This document shows positions 58,649 to 64,000 of a DNA stretch of 64,000 nucleotides, one piece after another. Under the pieces are notes generated by a model, which worked only from the letters and a program-made list of their open reading frames with translations, did no database searches and was not told where the DNA came from. The stretch covers positions 20,460,001-20,524,000 of the forward strand of contig NC_043015.1 of assembly GCF_006345805.1 (NCBI RefSeq), read 5' to 3'. The translations under genes were made by a program, and so were the position numbers. How positions within the stretch are numbered: position 1 is the stretch's first letter; every line of letters begins with the position of its first letter. This DNA comes from Octopus sinensis. Lineage: Eukaryota.

Positions 58649-60069
58649 CTGTATATTTATGTTCATATCATATATATACTTCTGAAACATATGCATGTGT
58701 ATGTGAGAGTGTATGTGTGTGTATTATTTTTCATATCCTTCCGTTCTTTGTCTTTTCTCTCTTTTCAATGCTTTTGTTCTATTTTGTTTCAATTTCCTGA
58801 AATATTTGTTTGCTTATTCTTCTCATATTCTACAATTTCCTTAGATACGTTGTGCTAACGCAGTATGTGTGTGTGTGTGTGTCTTTGTGTGTACGTATAA
58901 TATACACAGATATGCATATACATATGTAATTTTGTAGTTTATAGTGCACACACACGCACATACACACACACATATATATATATACACACATACATACATA
59001 ACATATCAATAAATGTTTACAAATAATTAATATATTACGTGTATGTGTACATGTATGTATGTGCATGTATATATATATATATATATATTTATCGGTAATA
59101 TTCAATATACCACACTATTCTTGTGTACATGTGTGTGTGCATATTAACTCTCAATATGCTGTATTCCCCCTCTCTCTCTCACTCACACACACATATATAT
59201 CTTCATTTTCATGCATACATATATAATTGCTTGATACTTTTTCAGTTTTAATTCTTTATCTTTAGGTATGCAGGTGTGTGTCTGCTACTGTATGTGCGTA
59301 TGTATGTATGTGTGTATGTATGTATGTATGTGTGTATGTATGTATGTATGTATGTATGTATGTATGTATGTATGTATGTATGTATGTATGTATGTATGTA
59401 TGTATGTATGTATTCGACATGTGAAACCGTTAATGCAATCACGTTTTTCCTTCCTCCATTTCTTTTTTCTCTTTCTATTTTCTTCCCTCATTCCGTTCTC
59501 TTGAAGAGCGTAGGCTTGAAACGTCAAAGACTTTTTCCTTTTCCTGAACGTCAAACCAATACACCATGTTTGTTGTTCACACCTGTCTCTGTTCTGTTTT
59601 TTCTTTCTTGTACATTTGGACCAAGTATGTGTGCCTGTGTGTTTCTGGGTAGTGATAGATCTGCACCGTTCTATTATTAAGATCACCTGCATTACCTGCG
59701 TCTGAATTAACTTTCGATGTGTTGACCGTCCTTCACACCTGTAAACTCCTCTCATATTTCTCCGTTACAACCAGCATGACTTAGTGGCACTAGGACTTGC
59801 TTTAGGTACAATACATACAATGGCTTTGCTTGTAGTTTCAACACAGTTTCTCAAGACGTTGGTCAACCAAGAATGCAGAAGTTTTCATTTGCTCAGGAAG
59901 CCACGAGTGGAATCCAAGACGTTACCTTTTCGTTGCGGCACATTGTATTTCTTAACATTCGGCCGCCCTGTACCTGTATACACCTGTTCATGTGTATCTG
60001 TATATATTTTCATGTTAGTACGTATTACGTATTATATACTGAAAGGCAACCATGCTGATTCTTGTAGAG

Positions 60070-60312
60070 AACCCACCCTCATCAACCATAGTCTCCATTA
60101 CTTGCCTACAACCACCACCACTATCATCATCATCATGATCATTATCTTCTACGTCACTGTCACTTAGTATCATCCTCAGTATAATCTCAATATCACTACC
60201 ATTATAAGCAGCATCAACTCCACTACGGCCACCGAAATAATTACACACACCACGGCTATTTATACGCCCGTTATGGCCATATCTTTTTACACACACACAC
60301 ACACACATTTAC

Positions 60313-60360
<48 letters not shown>

Positions 60361-60627
60361 GTAAATGTGTGTGTGTAAAAAGATTGGCTGAGATGATGGT
60401 GATAATGATGATGTTGATGGCCATAACGGGCGTATAAATAGCCGTGGTGTGTGTAATTATTTCGGTGGCCGTAGTGGAGTTGATGCTGCTTATAATGGTA
60501 GTGATATTGAGATTATACTGAGGATGATACTAAGTGACAGTGACGTAGAAGATAATGATCATGATGATGATGATAGTGGTGGTGGTTGTAGGCAAGTAAT
60601 GGAGACTATGGTTGATGAGGGTGGGTT
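60070..60627. repeat. Near-perfect palindrome centred on (TA)n
   Basis: Outer arms 60070-60280 and 60417-60627 (211 bp each) appear to be exact reverse complements. The inner 60281-60384 is also palindromic. Confidence 0.9.
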
Positions 60628-63600
60628 AATTTTGCGATCAAATCATTGTCGCGTTTAATTTAGCGTTTTTTTCATTCTGAGGACGGATTATATGTATCAG
60701 TCAGTCAAAAAAATACGAGCTAATTCGAATAAAATTTCAGCCTGCTTGTTTATTTTCGAAATCACTTTTACAAACAATAAAAGTCCAAAACAATAGCAAC
60801 AAAACAACAATAGTAACAAGAAGAACATTAAGACCAATAAAAGAACTGCTATGTATGCAAATAAAGCGACACAAATAGCATTTTGCTACGCAATACACAC
60901 ACACACACACACATATAGATATATATATATATACATACATATACATATGCATACATATATAGACAAACGCATAATCACAACTACAGCAACTAGTGTTTAA
61001 CAGGGCAAAAATAGATTTCATTCTGCGATAAAGAAATTTATAAAAGAAAAAAGATAAAATAAATGCGAACAGTCAAACACAATCAGAAAAAAAGTAAAAA
61101 TCGACAATGATAATCATAATAACGCCAATAACATAAAGAAACATTAAACAAATAAGAAACCGTCTTTTTTCTTCTTGTGCGATAATTTTTCTCAAGACAG
61201 GAATACAAAAGATGAGAAAGAAGAGGAATAAAATATTATAATTCTTTGAATAAAATTTCATACGAGGTAGTTATTATTAAAATAGTCCATAAAATAAATA
61301 ATGTGAAATTATCACAGATCTTATATCGAGAATGACATGGAATTCTTTACCATTTTCTTCAAATTTATTTAATTTATATCTTTATTTTTATTTATTTATT
61401 TATTGTTATTATTTGTTTTATTTTGTTTATTTATTTTTGGTCTTTTGCACGATTCCTTTAATACATTTTTTTAGACTCTTTTCACACCGAACACCTGCTC
61501 CTCTAGAATCTGAAAATTTTTCAGAATCGTTGGTTTACGACGTATTTTAACGCATTATGTAGACTGCAAAGATTGTTACTATTGCTATTGTTGTTGTTGT
61601 TCTTATTATTATAAGCTTCCGAATTTTTATCTTGTTTTCGTTTGATTTTCGTTGATATATTTACTTCCGTTCAAATAATACACGCACACACATACAAATA
61701 CACACGCGCGTACAAACACACACACATATATATAAATATATCGCGAAATTTCATTTCTATAGGCGTAGGAGTGGCTATGTGGTAAGTAGCTTGCTTGCCA
61801 ACAACATGGTTCCGAGTTCAGTTCCACTGCGTGGAACCTTGGGCAAGTGTCTTCTACTATAGCCTCGGGCTGACCAGAGCTTTATGAGTGGATTTGGTAG
61901 ACAGAAACTGAAAGTAGCCCGTCGAATATATGTATATATATATGTGTCTGTGTGTGTGTGTGTATGTTTGTGTGTCTGTGTTTGTCCCCTCAACATCGCT
62001 TGACAACAGATGCTGGTGTCAGCGGTTCAGCAACAGAGAGGCCGATAGAACAAGACTAGCCGTACAAAGAATAAGTCCTGGGGTCAATTTGCTCGCCTTA
62101 AGGCGCTGCTCCAGCATGGCCACAGTCAAATGACTGAAACAAGTAAAAGAGTATATATTAAATATTTGTATATATGTATATATATATATATATATATAAT
62201 ATATATATATGTGTGTGTGTGTGTATAAATTTATGTATGTGTAGCTATATGGCTCAGATCAAAATGTAACACAAACACACACACATATATAAAAGTTGAT
62301 ATGAGTGCGTTTTAATATGGAGCCTCGATGTGACGGTACAAACAGTGATTAAAATCTAGAGCTCCACCAGTAGAACGAATAGGAGAAAATGTCGGTTAGT
62401 TTCACCCGATAGTTGCCCGCTAATCAACATTATTATCTTCGTTTGTTAAGATCTGCAGGCCTGGAGTAATATTTATTAAACGGGTGAATATAAATTTATC
62501 GACACACAAACTGTTTCGTTGCCAGCTTTTATTTGCGCGTGAGCAGTGTGAGTGGTGTTGTGTGTGTGTGTGTGTGTGTGCGTGTATGCTAGCTTTGCAG
62601 AGATGTGAGTGTGGTTTTAATTGAGAGAGAGAGAGAGAGCGAGTGTGTGTGTGAGAAGAGTGTTTCAGGAGGAAGGTATGTGTACCGTTTGTGTGTGCAA
62701 GTCTGGGAGTGTGCGCCATCTTTGAGAGAGAAAAGTGCGTGTACGTATGTGTGCTATTTACAGAAAAAAGATTGAAAAAGAGAGAGAGAGAAAGAAAGAG
62801 AGAGGGAGGGTGAAAAGAGAGAGAAAGAATGCGTGCGTGTGTGTGTTATTTTTATGCATATTGATAATGTAGGACCAGTATAATGAATTGGAAGTGAATT
62901 CTGTTTTTTTTTTAAAGCGAAAATAATTTAAGGACGCAGTGAATATATAACTAGCTGTGTGTGTTTGTAAATACGCATATGTGCCCGTATGTGTGTGTGT
63001 GTTTGTGTCTGTGTGTGTTTGTGTCTGTGTTTGTTTAGGGATGTGAAATTAGGTATTAGAAAAAAAAAGAAAAAACAAAACATCAAGCAGGAAAGCAAAA
63101 ACGGAATTTGAATAGATAAAAAGCATAATAGGGAATATCTATATTTGGCAATGAGGTCAGAGGTGACAGTGAGCTGTAGAAGGAGCGGTCAATATTAGTG
63201 GAGTGTTAATGTATTATGGGGAAGAGTATGTGTGGGGGTGGTTGTGCGGTGTTCGGAAAATAATAATAATAATAATGATATTGATTTTTCACTATAAGAT
63301 AGGTGTCGTAGTTTTTCAAAGGCCTGGTTTGTGAGCGAGGTGGGGTGTATATATATATATTAATATATAAACTGCAATTCCAATCTTCTGTTCTAAAGAT
63401 AGTCCAACTATTTTATATACACAACCCTCTCGCACACCCTACTCCCCAACCGTCTCCCTCGTCCCCACCCACTGGTATTGACCTCAAGTTCTATACCTAA
63501 CTGTCAATTATTGACCCCTCAACCAAATATATATTCCCTATTATTCTTTCATCCATTCAAATTTTCATCGTTTATTCTAATTCCTAAATTCACATTCCCT

Positions 63601-63835
63601 AAACGCGAACGCAGTCACACGCACACATACCTATACGCATATATTCACTAACATACACACATATATATACATTTATACACAAGCATGCTCATACATATCT
63701 GCACGCACTGATTCACAAATGCACTCACACACATATGTAAAAGTCGACCAATGAGAATGAGTGCTCAACACTCAATTACTTCCTTTTCTTTTGGACATTC
63801 CAATGTTTCCTGTTTCCGAAGAAGAGCTTTGCGCC

Positions 63836-63878
<43 letters not shown>

Positions 63879-63942
63879 TTCGTATTTGTATTTGGTTTGC
63901 AAGATTCTTGATGTGAATTCATGTGTTGAAAGAAATACTTAC

Positions 63943-64000
63943 TGGACCTTGGGAGGAGCATTAAGCCGGTAATAATAAACACTAGCAATACTGAACATTT
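63943..64000 (-). CDS. Probable signal-peptide exon (partial, runs off the window), possibly the first coding exon of the cadherin gene
   Basis: The minus strand reads KCSVLLVFIITGLMLLPRS, a hydrophobic core, and ends at a consensus GTAAGT donor in phase 1. The start codon is outside the window. The link to the cadherin exons is inferred from strand only. Confidence 0.45.

Noticed and set aside
62300-62900. Promoter- or 5' UTR-like region with a hydrophobic stretch on the minus strand
   Set aside because: There is an in-frame TAG, no ATG and no diagnostic element.

Overview
This is an AT-rich, microsatellite-saturated animal window with one 100-N gap. The repeat families look like those of Octopus, which is an inference from memory and not a database result. 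The only host gene I can support is a minus-strand cadherin-repeat gene. Three consecutive phase-0 exons (31763-31665, 24583-24482, 14481-14344) splice into one complete cadherin domain plus the start of the next, and a probable signal-peptide exon runs off the right edge (64000-63943). The rest is intron: SINE-like repeats, R4/Dong-like LINE fragments tied to (AAT)n arrays, mariner and pogo relics, and Penelope-like elements (PLEs). The most striking structure is a 4.1-kb head-to-head palindrome (6807-10890) made from the 3' part of a Neptune-type PLE (RT thumb plus GIY-YIG), with unusually long linkers and a type I hammerhead ribozyme at each outer end. A second PLE family adds two more well-formed hammerheads (763-854 on +, 5834-5920 on -), and several decayed ones are present. 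Two further local fold-back duplications lie at 50008-50230 and 60070-60627. Structures were folded by eye and no alignments or searches were run.
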